64,000 bases of DNA from Octopus sinensis. Taxonomy: Eukaryota. The notes beneath the pieces were generated by a model. It searched no databases. It was not told the origin of the DNA and saw nothing but the letters and a program-made list of their open reading frames with translations. The DNA is taken from assembly GCF_006345805.1 (NCBI RefSeq), contig NC_042999.1, forward strand, positions 154,380,001-154,444,000. The letters are read 5' to 3'. This document shows positions 23,696-36,874 of this stretch, one piece after another (within the stretch, counting starts at the first letter, position 1; every line of letters starts with the position of its first letter). Both the position numbers and the translations under genes were made by a program.

Positions 23696-24130
23696 TCATT
23701 ATTCAGTTTATTTCAAGATTTCTTGCCAATAGAGAAAGAGTCGCTTTCTAACCTAGATCCAAGGCTAGATTCATTGGAATATCAACATCAACAACAGGGT
23801 ATTTTTGTATGTATGTATGTATGTAGTATGTATGTATGTATGTTGTATGTATGTATGTATGTATGTACGTACGTACGTATGTATATGTATGGGCAGATTT
23901 GTATGTTTTATGTATGTATTCTCATGCATATAGTTACATATCTAGACATGCTCATATATATTTAAATGATAAACTTCTGGAAAATTTTACAGATTTTTAC
24001 AGTTTCAGTGAAGGATTGGATCTGTAGTCTTCGAATTACCTTTCCCCTTTCTGGTTTGGAGAAGCCTAATTTCTCAATATTGGTATTTAGGCAGTGTGTT
24101 ACATATCCCAAGGTCCCAATAATAATAATG
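23696..24130 (-). mobile_element. 5'-truncated RLE LINE end, TACA family (copy 1)
   Basis: IIGTLGYVTHCLNTNIEKLGFSKPE..RRLQIQS..VKICK..FII* plus a 3' UTR with internal (TACA)n; matches 31396-31868 and 47230-47940. Confidence 0.85.
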
Positions 24131-24169
24131 TATATATGCATGCCTCTGTATCTCTATCTCTGTCTGTTT

Positions 24170-24229
<60 letters not shown>

Positions 24230-24232
<3 letters not shown>

Positions 24233-24540
24233 TGTGATCACCGTAACTGACCAGGCTATCAGATGTTGTTACACATCGCTGGTGACAATGCGCTTCGCAT
24301 TGTTTTAGCCTTCAAATGACGCCAACTTGCTGGCTAAGCGAACTGGCGAACAGAGGAAAGAGTGTGAGAAAGTTGTGGAGAAAGAGTACAGCAGAGATCG
24401 CCACCACCCACTGCCAGAGCCTCATGGAGGTTTAGGTGTTTTCACTCAATAAACACTCACAACGCCCGGTCTGGGAATAGAAACCACGATCCTACAATCG
24501 CGAGTCTGCTTTCCTAACCACTGGGCCATTGCGTCTGCTC
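24230..24540 (-). mobile_element. SINE S3 with alternative tail Y
   Basis: Same head as 22069 but a different 3' tail (..GGCGTCATTTGAAGGCTAAAACAA..), shared with 56790. Confidence 0.85.
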
Positions 24541-24929
24541 AACTTTGTGTTCACTCCACAGCTGCTTACAACCCGCGGTTCCTTGTTTCCACTTTCATAA
24601 CTTTGTGGTTCGGCCGAAAAATTGTCGGCAAAATAAGTATCAAATCTAAAATGAGTATGGGGCTTAACTTATTCGATCAAACTCAGCCGCAGTCCAATTA
24701 CTGAAGCAAGTGAAATATTAAAAAATTATAAGTAAGCCACTTAAATTGGTTTTCCCAATCTTTGTCTGATATAATTAGCTCTTCATTATGAAGAGTTACT
24801 AATAAGTATAGACAAAAAGTTCATAATGGGGGTGTGGGGGGCACAGCTTATTCTATAATTCAGAATGTTTTTTTTGCCTAATTATAGAGCACAGAATTCA
24901 CAAGTCATCAATAACTGTTATTTTTACCT

Positions 24930-25120
24930 TTTACTTTATTTCATTCATTGAACTGCGGTCATGCTGGGGCACCGCCTTGAAGGGTTTCATCGAACACATC
25001 CACTCTAGTACTTATTTTTAAGCCTAGTGCTTATTTTATCGATTTCTTTTGCCGAACTGCTAGATTACGGAAGCGGAAACATACTAACGCCGATTGACAA
25101 GCGGCCAGAGTCGACTATCA
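24930..25120 (-). mobile_element. SINE S2 tail half
   Basis: TGCGGTCATGCTGGGGCACCGCC..TTTTGCCGAACTGCTAG. Confidence 0.8.
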
Positions 25121-25129
25121 CAAACACAC

Positions 25130-25248
<119 letters not shown>

Positions 25249-25250
<2 letters not shown>

Positions 25251-26305
25251 AATATATATATATATTATATAAAAGAGAGTTTGTGTGTGTGTTGTGTGTG
25301 TGTGTGTGTGTGTGCGTATATTCCTAATACATTCCAAAACCGAGTTGCCGATTTTGACGTATGGCGTATCAAAAGATTCAGTAGGCTTTTGGCTACCAAA
25401 TAAACTATATCTTCATTCACATATTTGCATTACAAAAATTTAACATTGTCATTGTCATCTATAGTAAACATTTTATATCACCACCACAACGACAATGATG
25501 TCACATTTTCTATATGTATGTGTTCGCGCGTTCGTTACCTACGCTAGGCCGATGACTGACAAGTATACGTGTGTGATGGTGTATGTGCCTGTCAGTATAC
25601 ATACATTTTTGTGACGACCGACACATACAGGGACAGAGATAGGCTTCAAGTGTACGATAATGTATGTGTGTGTGGTCTTAGTTTATATATGTAACTTTCT
25701 CCCGCCTAACAGTGAAACGCGCCGATACTGAAAGTTTAGTTGCGGCCTGAACTTTAAACGAACAACAGCGTCCACTTTGAAGTACTACCAACATGAAGAT
25801 TTGGCTGATTTAAAATCACACACAATACTCGCAAATATATCTGAAAAAGAAAAATGTTATTCTGGTTATTATAACAAGTTCGGAAAGTAAAAAGCCTCAG
25901 CAGCTCTTTCAACATAAATGTTATTCCATTGCAGAAATGTTATTCCATTCTTTTTAACCAGTTTCAAGATAATGTTTTTTTAATAGTCCTTGTATTTTTC
26001 ATGACAGTGAGTATCAACGTCGCACAAACTTTTTACTAAGTTAGTCAATATTTATTCCATAGCCTATAACGTTACACAGTTAAAAAAATAGGTAGTAATG
26101 TTAAATTAATTTATATCTTGCTACATACATCCTTCAGCAAATATTTTAAATTAATGTTACAACAACATTTTCCTTTCTTTACACATGGTTCAGCGTTCGT
26201 TTCAAAATTGTAAAATGAATTATTTTTGTATGAAAAATTGAATTATGCCTTCTCAATTTTCTTGGACTTTCACTTTCTTCAATGTGACGATGGTCACAAG
26301 TAAAC

Positions 26306-26340
<35 letters not shown>

Positions 26341-26655
26341 AGAGAAGGGAAGAGGAAGAGAGGGAGAGAGAGACAGACAGACACAGATTGGAAACGGTGA
26401 AGGGGAAGAAGAATTACAGAAAGGACGAAAGAAAAAAATAAAAGGGGGAGAAGGGGAGAAAAAAGAATTAGAGAAGAAAGAGAGAAAAAACTAAAGGGGG
26501 AGAAAGGGGTAGAGGGTAGAGTCGCACAAAAGTATTAATATAAACTTAGTTGGAAATGGATGCGTGGCATTCAATCTTATAATAATAAATTATATATATA
26601 CATATATATATTCATGCATATATACATCATATATGTACATACTTACATATATATG

Positions 26656-26697
<42 letters not shown>

Positions 26698-27130
26698 GTA
26701 TATATATATATATCTATATATATAATATATATATATATTATATATATATATATCATAAACATACATACATATATATATACTCGAACTTGCAAGTGGAAAT
26801 ATTTTATTTTTACCTTATCTGGGAGTAGGAACTTCCCGGAAAAAAAATTTTAATGCCTCCCCACCCCACCCCCCGAAGTAGAGGTAGGCTGGATTGTAGC
26901 CACACTTCTATACAAGAGGGAGAACAGATACAATTGATCGAAATTACAGAGACGGGCTAACAATTCTAGTCTGTTATATATTTTGAGTATGTTATCACTA
27001 GCGATATCAAGATATAACTTTGTATTTTGTATTTTACGTGTAGATGTATATATATAGAGTACATGTAATATGTACACATATATACATGCACTAGTTACTA
27101 TGACCGGCAACGACGGGTCTTTAATGCTAG
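25249..27130 (+). mobile_element. Possible non-autonomous Helitron-like element
   Basis: A|TC..TATATAAAAGAGAGTTTGTGTG start; GC-rich hairpin GACCGGCAACGACGGGTC (27102-27119) 7 nt before CTAG|T; no TSD. Linking the two ends into one element is an inference. Confidence 0.45.
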
Positions 27131-27194
27131 TATATATATATATATATATATAATATATATATATATAGTATATATATATATATATAGAGTATAT

Positions 27195-27225
<31 letters not shown>

Positions 27226-28623
27226 CATATATAAATGTATGTATGTATGTATACTAATTTTAGGTTACTTGAAATATATTTGTACCATATTTTAACATCT
27301 AAAGTTCACTGCAGTTATACACACGTGTATATTTATCGTTGGAGTTTATCTTCCGGCCTTTCTCCATAATTAGCACTACGCACTTATTTACCTGCAAACT
27401 GTTCTAATAACCTAGTTGATGACTTATTGTTTGGAAAAGTCATTTTCGAGGAAAGCGTTGGTTATCTGGGTCATACATTATGTTATTACTTAAATGTGCC
27501 GATCCTTCTGTCTTTCTACTTTAATAGAAAACAAAAATTGAAAGCTAAATATGATAAATGAACGTAAATTAAAGGATTTCTACAGGATGGTTTATAGAGA
27601 GAGTTATTGGCTTCAGAAATACATGTCTCTGTATACTTAGGTCCCTAACCTGGCCATTATTCGATTTATTTAAACTTTAATCTGCCATCATAGCACAAAA
27701 ACGGGCGCAATATCCGGCGTCGGACACAATTTAATATATCTGTATATATGAATCGTCACTGATTCATTCACACGATAAAATGGTGTTATTTTCATCAGAT
27801 AAGTCCCGATGAAAAAGAAAAATCTGAAATGCTGCACGTCTGATAACCATTGCAATATAAAGCAGTGGAAAAGGGCTGAGATGTTGCTTTTGTTTTTGCG
27901 TTTTAAGGAGTGTCGTCAGATGTTATCAAGGACCTCTTCGGCTTTTGGGGCCCCGAAAACCAATGAATAGGCAAAACACTGTTTTCTTATAGGCCCTCAT
28001 TTTACAGCAATTATAACAATTAAAAAGTCATTTGATTTGGACAGTGTGAAAGGGATTAATAAAATTGTCATCGTGTTTTGGCGACAATATTTTACGATAT
28101 TTTCCTGTTATGAATTCTACAAAGCATTCGCAAGTTGTTATTTCTTATTTGACACTAAATCGGAATCTTTTATGGGCGGAAATATAGTTTAACATAAACC
28201 TGTTACCTATTGATTTTTCCATGACTTTTTTTAGTTGGACAATTTCCCTTAATAGTTCACCTACGTGCTGCATTGCTCTGCCTACGTGTTATTCCGTTAC
28301 TATGAGGTTTCATCAATTTTCTCCAGAATTCTAATGGTTTTCATTTTTATATTCCTTCGTCATTGTATTTTCTCTTCGAGATGACTTTCTATTTAGATCA
28401 GGAAACCGTCACGGAACATAAAATACAAAATAAAGACAGAAAACTAGATAAAAAGACTTAAGCGTTGGTAACACCGATGTATTATATAGGACTCCTCAAA
28501 AGCTAGATTAATCATAGAAGCATTGTTAATAGCGAAATATAAATTTAGAAGTTAGAACATTTGCAGAGAACACGTGAAATAAAATGAGAAAATAACCAGG
28601 AGCCACTCGTCAAACAGCTTTAT

Positions 28624-28664
<41 letters not shown>

Positions 28665-28908
28665 CACATACACACACATCTTTTATGTTCATCTTTTTTC
28701 TTTTTAATTTTATATTTTTGACATTTTCTATTATTATCTTTTCAAACTTGGTTAGGAACAGTAGAATCCCTAAATTCAAATCCGGCTTGATGAAATGGAA
28801 ACGTCTAAAAGCTGGCAGAAAGCAAAGAAAATATGAAAAAATATAGATTAAAACGATTAAATGTTTGTATTTATGTATGTGTGCGTCTATGCCTATTATA
28901 TACAGAGG

Positions 28909-28956
<48 letters not shown>

Positions 28957-29124
28957 TATCCCCCTATCCACCTAGCTGTCGACACACACATACGATGCCT
29001 TACGTATTCATTCTTTATTCTTTCCGGAAAATACGAATGTGAATATACTAACCGCTGTTGTATCTTATTCTCAAGGAACAGCTTCCATTTTCAGATGAAC
29101 GCGTGTTCACAGCACATTCAATTC

Positions 29125-29224
29125 NNNNNNNNNNNNNNNNNNNNNNNNNNNNNNNNNNNNNNNNNNNNNNNNNNNNNNNNNNNNNNNNNNNNNNNNNNNN
29201 NNNNNNNNNNNNNNNNNNNNNNNN
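29125..29224. other. Assembly gap (100 N)
   Basis: Run of N. Confidence 1.
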
Positions 29225-29487
29225 GGCTTCACTAAGTGGGTGTGTGGATTAGATTCTTGTAAAGCTTGACACAAGACGGTCTTGTAATATCTCTGCGTAG
29301 CTAACTGACAATCTTGTCATTTTCTAAATATAATACCATTCAAATATTATTCCATTTTCAAAAACATGGTGTGTGAAATGGCGGATATTAGATAAGAGAT
29401 AGCATATATCTGATATTAATATCAATATTGGAAGTCTTCTCCAACACGAGGGAAAGTTGTTATCTGCATTTTCGTATCTGACAATAA

Positions 29488-29518
<31 letters not shown>

Positions 29519-29794
29519 TATATACATATATATAATTCTTACAATGTGCTTTATTTGGAGATATGCGGGGAAGGGGCGAACCGAAGAGAGATTTATATAT
29601 ATATATATATGTGTGTATACACGGTGTTTTCTTTCTTTCTGTTTTTCTCTCTCTCCATCTGTTTTGAGGAAGAACGTAGGCTCGATATATCTATGATTCT
29701 TATATTTCTTCCTGACCATCAAACTAAGGCACGGTTTTTTATTGCTTCCTCACTTGTTATTGCCTTCTGTCTTTTTTGTTTTTATATAATTTTC

Positions 29795-29850
<56 letters not shown>

Positions 29851-29864
29851 ATATATTATATAAT

Positions 29865-30062
29865 ATATAAAGTTAATCCAAACATGAAAACACAACAACG
29901 CGAGGACGTGGAACAAGTATAGTATTATTGGACGCTCAGAAAGAGGAAAGAAGGTGGGTTTAACATTTCGAGCGGAGCTCTTCGTCAGAAAACATAGGAA
30001 AAGGAAAGATCCAAAGAAGGGAAGACGAAAGAAAAAAAATTCTCCAACGGTACACACGCGGT
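29865..30062 (-). mobile_element. HHR-bearing repeat, family A (intact core)
   Basis: Minus strand 29993-29958 reads GTTTT-CTGACGA-A-GAGC-TCC-GCTC-GAAAT-GTT-AAAC. Confidence 0.7.
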
Positions 30063-30070
30063 CATATTGA

Positions 30071-30102
<32 letters not shown>

Positions 30103-30112
<10 letters not shown>

Positions 30113-30269
30113 GTGTAGGAAGAAATGGAGCTGAACGAAGATTTAACAAAATTCCTTTTTATTATTTTCTACATATGTTTCAAAGCCTTTGAAACATATG
30201 TAGAAAATAATAAAAAGGAATTTTGTTAAATCTTCGTTCAGCTCCATTTCTTCCCACACTAAATATATA
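30103..30269. repeat. Near-perfect palindrome (~82-bp arms, 3-nt loop) containing the 3' half of a hammerhead
   Basis: Arms mirror around GCC at 30185-87 with one mismatch noted; each arm begins TTT-GAAA-CATATG-TA-GAAAAT. Confidence 0.85.
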
Positions 30270-30418
30270 AAACTTCAAAAATTTCCGCACTAAGGCACGG
30301 GTTTGAGACCTCATGGTCGTAACCTCAACCGTGATTTTCTGTTGTGAATTTTGCTACCCAGGTATCGGTTATCATTTGAATAATCCGTAATAAGATAATT
30401 CATTTATCTACTTCAATA

Positions 30419-30484
<66 letters not shown>

Positions 30485-30489
30485 CTTAT

Positions 30490-30790
30490 TTTTATTTTAA
30501 CTTTTCAGCCCAGGAACAGGACTGAGGTCATGCTGGTGCACCCACCTGTCATTACTCGGTATTGTTTCCGGTATTGTTTTTTGATGAAGTAGCGAGTTTT
30601 GTGGAACTGCTCTTCTTTGTGTCTCCTGCCGCGATGTGAGTTCATCTGGTATCTGAAACAGAAACCTGTACAGACGTTCCTTGAAAGCTTCAACATCAAT
30701 ACCATGTAGATCTCGAAAGTTGTCTGGCAGGATATTGAACAATTGCGGGCCCTTGAAAACCCAGGCTATTTCAGTACTATGTCCTTATTT
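30490..30790 (-). mobile_element. CR1/L2-type LINE 3' end
   Basis: GPQLFNILPDNFRDLHGIDVEAFKERLYRFLFQIPDE..RRAVPQNSLLHQ. Confidence 0.75.
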
Positions 30791-30942
30791 TAGATGGAGA
30801 AGACGGGATTTTTGGTATCCATCCATCCATCCATCCATCCATCCATCCATCCGTCCGTCCGTCCATCCATCCATCCATCCATCCAACCATACATACATAC
30901 ATACATACATACATACATACATACATACATACATACATACAT

Positions 30943-31270
30943 CGTGGCACTCCGCCGCTCACGACGACGATTGCTCGTGTAAGTGGTTGAGCACTCCGCA
31001 GACGCGTGAGCCCTTACCGTAGTTCTCGGCGAGACTCAGCGTAACACGGCTGGCCCTTGGAAATACAGGTACAACAGAAAACAGGAAGAAAGAGTGAGAG
31101 AAAGTTGTAGTGAAAGAGTGCAGCAGGGTACGCCCCACCCTACCGTAGCTTTGTGGAGATTTAGATGTTTTTGTTCAATAAATACTCACAACGCCTGGTC
31201 TGGTAATCGAAACCACGTTCCTGCTACCGCGAGACCGCAGCCCTAACCACTGGGCCATTGCGCCTCCACC
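30943..31270 (-). mobile_element. SINE S3 (tail X)
   Basis: Reverse complement of the 22069-type element, with deletions. Confidence 0.88.
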
Positions 31271-31395
31271 ATACATACATACATATATACGTACGTACAT
31301 ACATACATACATATATACGTACGTACGTACATACATACATACATACATACAGACAGACAGACAGACAGATAGACAAACAGATATGCATACATACA

Positions 31396-31868
31396 ATTGC
31401 TCTACCAAGATTCCAAGTTCATGTATATACCTGTAATTATTGGGGACCTGAGATATGTAACACACTAACTAAATACCAATCTTGAGAAATTAGGTTTCTC
31501 AAAACCAGAAAGGAAAAAGCTAATTCGAGGACTACAGATCCAATCCATCACTGGAACTGTAAAGATCTGTAAATCTTCCCAGAAGTTTATCATTTAAATA
31601 TATATGAGCATGTCTAGATATGCAACTCCATGCATGAGAATACATTCATAAAACATACAAATCTGCACACATACATACATTCATTCATTCATACATACAT
31701 ACATACATACATACATACATACATACATACATACATACATACATACATACATACATACAAAATTACCCTGTTGTTGATGTTGAAATTCCAATGAAGGCAC
31801 CTTAGATCTAGGTTAGAAACCGGTTCTTTCTCTATTGGCAAGAAATCTTGAAATAAACTGAATAATGA
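31396..31868 (+). mobile_element. 5'-truncated RLE LINE end, TACA family (copy 2)
   Basis: ..KFMYIPVIIG..EKLGFSKPERKKLIRGLQIQSITGTVKICK..FII* (stop at 31595-97); (TACA)n upstream, inside the 3' UTR and briefly downstream. Confidence 0.88.
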
Positions 31869-32315
31869 TATACATACATGCGTACAAAATAAATACATAC
31901 GACTGGGTGTAAATGTGTGTATTATGTTAAAGGTTTTCGCCTTCAAATTTATTTGAATTTATTTGTATTTGGACAAAACACTTACTTTTCATAACATGTT
32001 ACACTTAAGGCTAGGCGCGTGTGCACCTTCTGTCATCAATCAAGTACTTCTATACAGTTTGTTTTACACTAATATTGCGGGACTTTCAATTCAGTTCCGT
32101 TTAGAAACACAACTATGGCCAATACTGAAGCCATAACAAAATAAATAAAGCAGAAGAATTAATTACTGTGTTTTTATTTTCGATAATTTCTACGACATAA
32201 CAAAGTAATATGTATATTCATAATATTTTAACGACCGTTATGTCCATCTATGTGCATGTTTGTGAGGTGGGTATATACATACATAAATACATACATACAT
32301 ACCACACACACACAC

Positions 32316-32347
<32 letters not shown>

Positions 32348-32484
32348 GTAGTATATATATATTGTACATTTATATGTATATATATATATATATGTGTGTA
32401 TGTATGTGTATTATGTATGTATGTATGTATGTATGTATGTATGTATGTATATATTATATATATTATATATATATATATATATAT

Positions 32485-32630
32485 ATGACGGGCTTCTTTC
32501 AGTTTCCGCCTACCAAATCACTCACAAGGCTTTGGTCTGGCCAAGGCTATAGTATAAGACACTTACCTAAGGTGTCACGCAGTGGGACTGAACCCGGAAC
32601 CATGTGGTCGGTAAGTAAGCTACATACTAC
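32485..32630 (-). mobile_element. SINE S2 head half
   Basis: GACGGGCTTCTTTCAGTTTCCG..AGTGGGACTGAACCCGG. Confidence 0.88.
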
Positions 32631-32763
32631 ACACACACACACACACACAAATATATATATATAAAGAGAGAGAGAGAGAGAGAGAGAGAATGAGAGACTA
32701 GTTGAAAGGCAGACACACAGAGAGAAAGACAGAGTGGCATACATACATACATACATACATACA

Positions 32764-32804
<41 letters not shown>

Positions 32805-33654
32805 CATACGTATACATATATGCAGAATTACATAAATGCATACCATACGCATCCACACATAGACACCAATATATAGGTATACATACATATATCTATGTAT
32901 GTATGTGCGTATATATATGTATGCATATGTATGTATATATATGTATGCATATGTATGTATATTATATATAAATGAACGGAATTCACTCCAATTGAGAAGT
33001 AATTGACATTTTTACTTCCCAACTAAATTATGGACAAATAGCAGGCAACAGGTTTGAGATGAGTTATATACGAAGTGCAGATCTGATAGTTAATCTCTGA
33101 GTTTTATTATCAGACTGTGTGTTTGAAGTGGTATTGGAGTAGATTCAGCGAACAGCAGGAAATGAGAAAATATTCCGACTAGAAGGTAAAAAGTTTTGGA
33201 GTGTGCAAAACGAAATATAAATGAATTTAAATCGATTTTCTCTTTCAATGTTGTATATGAAAAACGGTAAATATAATTTTGGAAGTTTTCGTGAATTTTA
33301 TACATAGGAAATAAAAGATATTACTTGAGAGGAAAGCGGCCGATCATGTAAGTAAATATTGATGGGGGTGAAATGGTGTTTTCAGGCTAGAACAACCATG
33401 GCAACTGGCATGATATAACAGAATTTTCGCCAAGATCCAATATTATAGTCGCGATAAATTTTTCTTCTTTCTTTTCCTTTTTTTTTCTTTTTGTAGCGGC
33501 GGGGGGGGGGGGGGGGTCTGAAGTCGGATCGGGCTGTGGTTAGTGGAGTAAGTAGAACATAAATTTTGATCTAGATGTGTTTAGGTGCGTGTATAATAAT
33601 TCCTCTATACTCTGTAACAAGGAAAATAGAATAAATGCATTTTTTATTGTGAGA

Positions 33655-33900
33655 AGGTTCGGGGTGTGGTGGTTCGGTGTGTTGCACTGTTGATCGTAAG
33701 ATCATGGTTTCGATTCTCGGATCGGACGGTCAGTTGTGTTGTTAAGCAAAATATTTCGTTTCACGCTGCTGCAGTCGATTCAACGTTGGATGGGTTCCAG
33801 CAATAGCTGTGAAGTTAAACCTGTGACGGACTGGCGTCCCATTCAGGTGAGAGGGAATGTCCTCTAAGCTGGGTTGTATCCCGGTGTTATGAGTCGTAGG
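33655..33900 (+). mobile_element. SINE C1, diverged
   Basis: GATCGTAAGATCATGGTTTCGATTC..GTGACGGACTGGCGTCCC. Confidence 0.7.
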
Positions 33901-33925
33901 GCTTATGGTAGATCTAAGTCTAAGT

Positions 33926-34102
33926 CAGTGGTTCTTAAACTATGGGTTCGCGAAGCGAAATCCTGGGGTCGCGAAAATTAAATTCAAACGCTTGAATTTA
34001 AGTTTATATGTTATTTCACAAACGCATACTTAATACCTGGGATCGTGAACAATCTCGTGAGGAAAAATAGGGTCAAGAGTGAAAAAAGTTTAAGAAGCGC
34101 TG
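33926..34102. mobile_element. hAT (Charlie-like) MITE
   Basis: TIRs CAGTGGTTCTTAAACT / AGTTTAAGAAGCGCTG; candidate 8-bp TSD GTCTAAGT vs GTCAAATT (6 of 8 match). Confidence 0.7.
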
Positions 34103-34136
34103 GTCAAATTCATGAGAGGAGAGAAGCACTCAAGTA

Positions 34137-34682
34137 CGAAGGTGAGTCAAAAAGTAATGCCATTTTGTTTAGAACAGGTATAATTACCAACACAGGATGT
34201 ATCATACATCAAAATGAAGCTGGGCCTCTATGGATCACATCCCTACTTATCAACATAGTCACCGTTTCTCTCGATAGCAATGTTCCACCTTCGAATGAGA
34301 GAATGTATCCCTATCCCGTAAAATTCTATTGACTGTTCTTTGAGCCACTTCTTCACTACAGTTTTCACTTCCTCGTCACTGGAATAATGTTTGCCTCTCA
34401 AACCCATTTTAATGGGGCCGAAGAGATGATAGTCCAGTGACGAGGAAGTGAAAACTGTAGTGGAGAAGTGGCTCAAAGAACAGTCAATAGAATTTTACGG
34501 AGCAGGGATACATGCTCTCATTCGAAGGAGGAACATTGCTATTGAGAGAAACGGTGACTATGTTGAGAAGTAGAGATGTGATCCACCGAGGAACAGCTTC
34601 CTTTTGATGTATGATACATGTTCCTGTGTTGGTACTTATATCTGTCTTAAACAAAATAGCATTACTTTTTGACTCACCCTCG
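34137..34682. mobile_element. Fold-back mariner derivative made of two transposase 3' ends
   Basis: TA|CGAAGGTGAGTCAAAAAGTAATGC ... GCATTACTTTTTGACTCACCCTCG|TA; both arms encode ..SDEEVKTVV.KWLKEQSIEFY..GIH.LIRRxNIAIERNGDYV.K. Confidence 0.92.
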
Positions 34683-34864
34683 TATCTCCTTTCAGCAACT
34701 GGAGATGTCGATCTGATCAATGATCGTCATGTAAGACGATGGTATTAAGGTAGTGGTTCTCAACCATTTTTTTCCTGTGGACTCCTTTGATTCATGTTTC
34801 ACTCGGATGGACCCACATAACCATTTGACGTTTAAAAATTCTTTTTGCATTTTTATAATTAAAT

Positions 34865-35230
34865 ATGCTTTTATTTGTTTCAGTCGTTTGACTGCGGCCA
34901 TACTGGATCACCGCCTTTTAGCCGAAGAAATCGACCCCAGGACTTATTTTTGTAAGCCTGGTACTTATTCTAACGGTCTCTTGTGCCGAACGGCTAGGTT
35001 ACGGGGACGTAAACATACCAGCATCGGTTGTCAAGCGAATGTGGGCGGACAAACACAAACACAAAGACACACATAAATATATACATATATGTATATACGA
35101 CGGGCTTCTCTCAGTTTCCGTCTACCAAATCCACTCACAAGACTTTGGTCGGCCTGAGGCTATAGTAGAAGACACATGCCTATGTGGTTGGGAAGCAAGC
35201 TTCTTACCCCATAGCCACGCCTGCGCCTAT
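34865..35230 (-). mobile_element. SINE S2, near full length
   Basis: Reverse complement of the S2 tail, microsatellite and head. Confidence 0.9.
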
Positions 35231-36063
35231 ATTATTGGGAATTGTTTTAAAAATTGATACATTTCGTGTAGTGTAGAAAAATAACCGATTTATTGCGCAT
35301 AAATTTTACCAACAAACTCTTAACCCCAAAGGATTATGTGGACCCGGTTGAAAACCAGTTTTAAGGTGTGTGCAGGAAAAAGATACATTAACTAAATGTC
35401 AAGTGCAGGTTGGGTGGGTGTGTGTGTGTGTGTGTGAAACAAAATAAGGACAGATGGTAGGGGCATAAGACAGGCTCGATTAAAAGAAAGTAGCAGCTTT
35501 TCGTTGTATTTTATAGTTAGGAGGAAAGGTACTACCCATGACACCTTACGGTTCCACCAAGACTGGCGAGAAGGAGGGAAGGGAAGGAGAAAGATATCCT
35601 CGAACCGGAAGCCTGGCCTGATTACTTGCAACAGAGCGGACTTTACTAAAAGCACCCAGGATGCAAGATGGCGGCGGCGGCGGTGGTGGTGGTGGTGGTG
35701 GTGTGAAAGCGGGTGACCGAATAAGTCTGCCACCTACGTACCTTGTGAAATGCTATCTTCGGGTCGATGAAATAGGTACAAGTCGACTTCCTCATCGCCC
35801 AAAATTTCAGGCCTTGTACCTATAACAGGAAGGCTTAGTAGTGGTACATTATGGTAGTGAACAAGTTTACAATTATAGCCAAGAGAACTACTATTAATGT
35901 TATTCTGTTATACCAAACAATGTTACACAGCCTGATAAAATATGCCCTAAACTTCTTCACAAATATAGCTGTACCCTAATGCTTCATAATCTCTCAAAGG
36001 TGATAACACTCTTTTGTTTTTAATAAAAAAATTAAACTAATCGCTCTAAATATATTTATTCAT

Positions 36064-36440
36064 CGGAGGTGCAGTGGCTCAGTGGTTAGGGCAGCGGACT
36101 CGCCGTCGAACGATCGCGGTTTCGATTCCCAGACCGGGCGTTGTGAGTGTTTATTGAGCGAAAACACCTAAAGCTCCATGAGGCTCCGGTACGGGGTGGT
36201 GGCGAACCCCACTGTACTCTTTCACCACAGCTTTCTCTCACTCTTTCCTCCTGTTTTTGATGTACCTGTATTTCAAAGGGCCATCCTTGTTACGCTCTGT
36301 GTCACGCTGAATCTCCCCGAGAACTACGTTAAGGGTGCACGTGTCTATGGAGTGCTCAGCCACTTGTATGTTAATTTCACGAGCAGGCTGTTCCGTCGAT
36401 TTGATCAACTAGAACCCTCGTCGTCGTAACCGACAGAATG
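36064..36440 (+). mobile_element. SINE S3, full length (tail X)
   Basis: Aligns along its length with 22069-22450. Confidence 0.92.
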
Positions 36441-36860
36441 TCACGATTCTGTTATACCAAGAAATGTTACACAGCCCGATAAAGTAAAATCTAGCGAAAT
36501 ATGCCCTAAACATCTTCACAAATATAGCTGTACGCTAGTTCTTCCTAATTTCTCAAGGGCGATGACACACTTTTGCTTAACTAAAAATAAAACGAATCGA
36601 ATGGCTCTAAATATACTTATTCAGCGAAACGCTTTCAAAGAGAACGAGTTCGAGATCACGTGGGAGTAAGCATGACTGGAAAAAAAAAGATAATCAGTAT
36701 TTAATTGTGATTAAGGAAATTTAGCTAATGAAAAGATAAAGTATTCTAACCAGAGAGAATTTCACGACACACCTGTATAACACCTGTGTAATGTCATCAG
36801 ACAGTCGCACAATTTTTAAAAAAAACACCTGCATAATTTTACTATTCACATATGCTTTTA
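36440..36860. repeat. Unclassified interspersed repeat (also at 35895-36063 and 40875-41150)
   Basis: Shared GCTCTAAATATxxTTATTCAxCxAAACGC..GTTCGAGATCACGTG..AGAATTTCACGACACACCTGTATAACACCTG. Confidence 0.75.
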
Positions 36861-36874
36861 CTACACACAGTACT

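Noticed and set aside
35515-35716. Purine-rich exon-like stretch after TTTTATAG, ending in AAGATGGCGGCGG
   Set aside because: No recognisable protein or donor site; the GGC/GGT run is a microsatellite.
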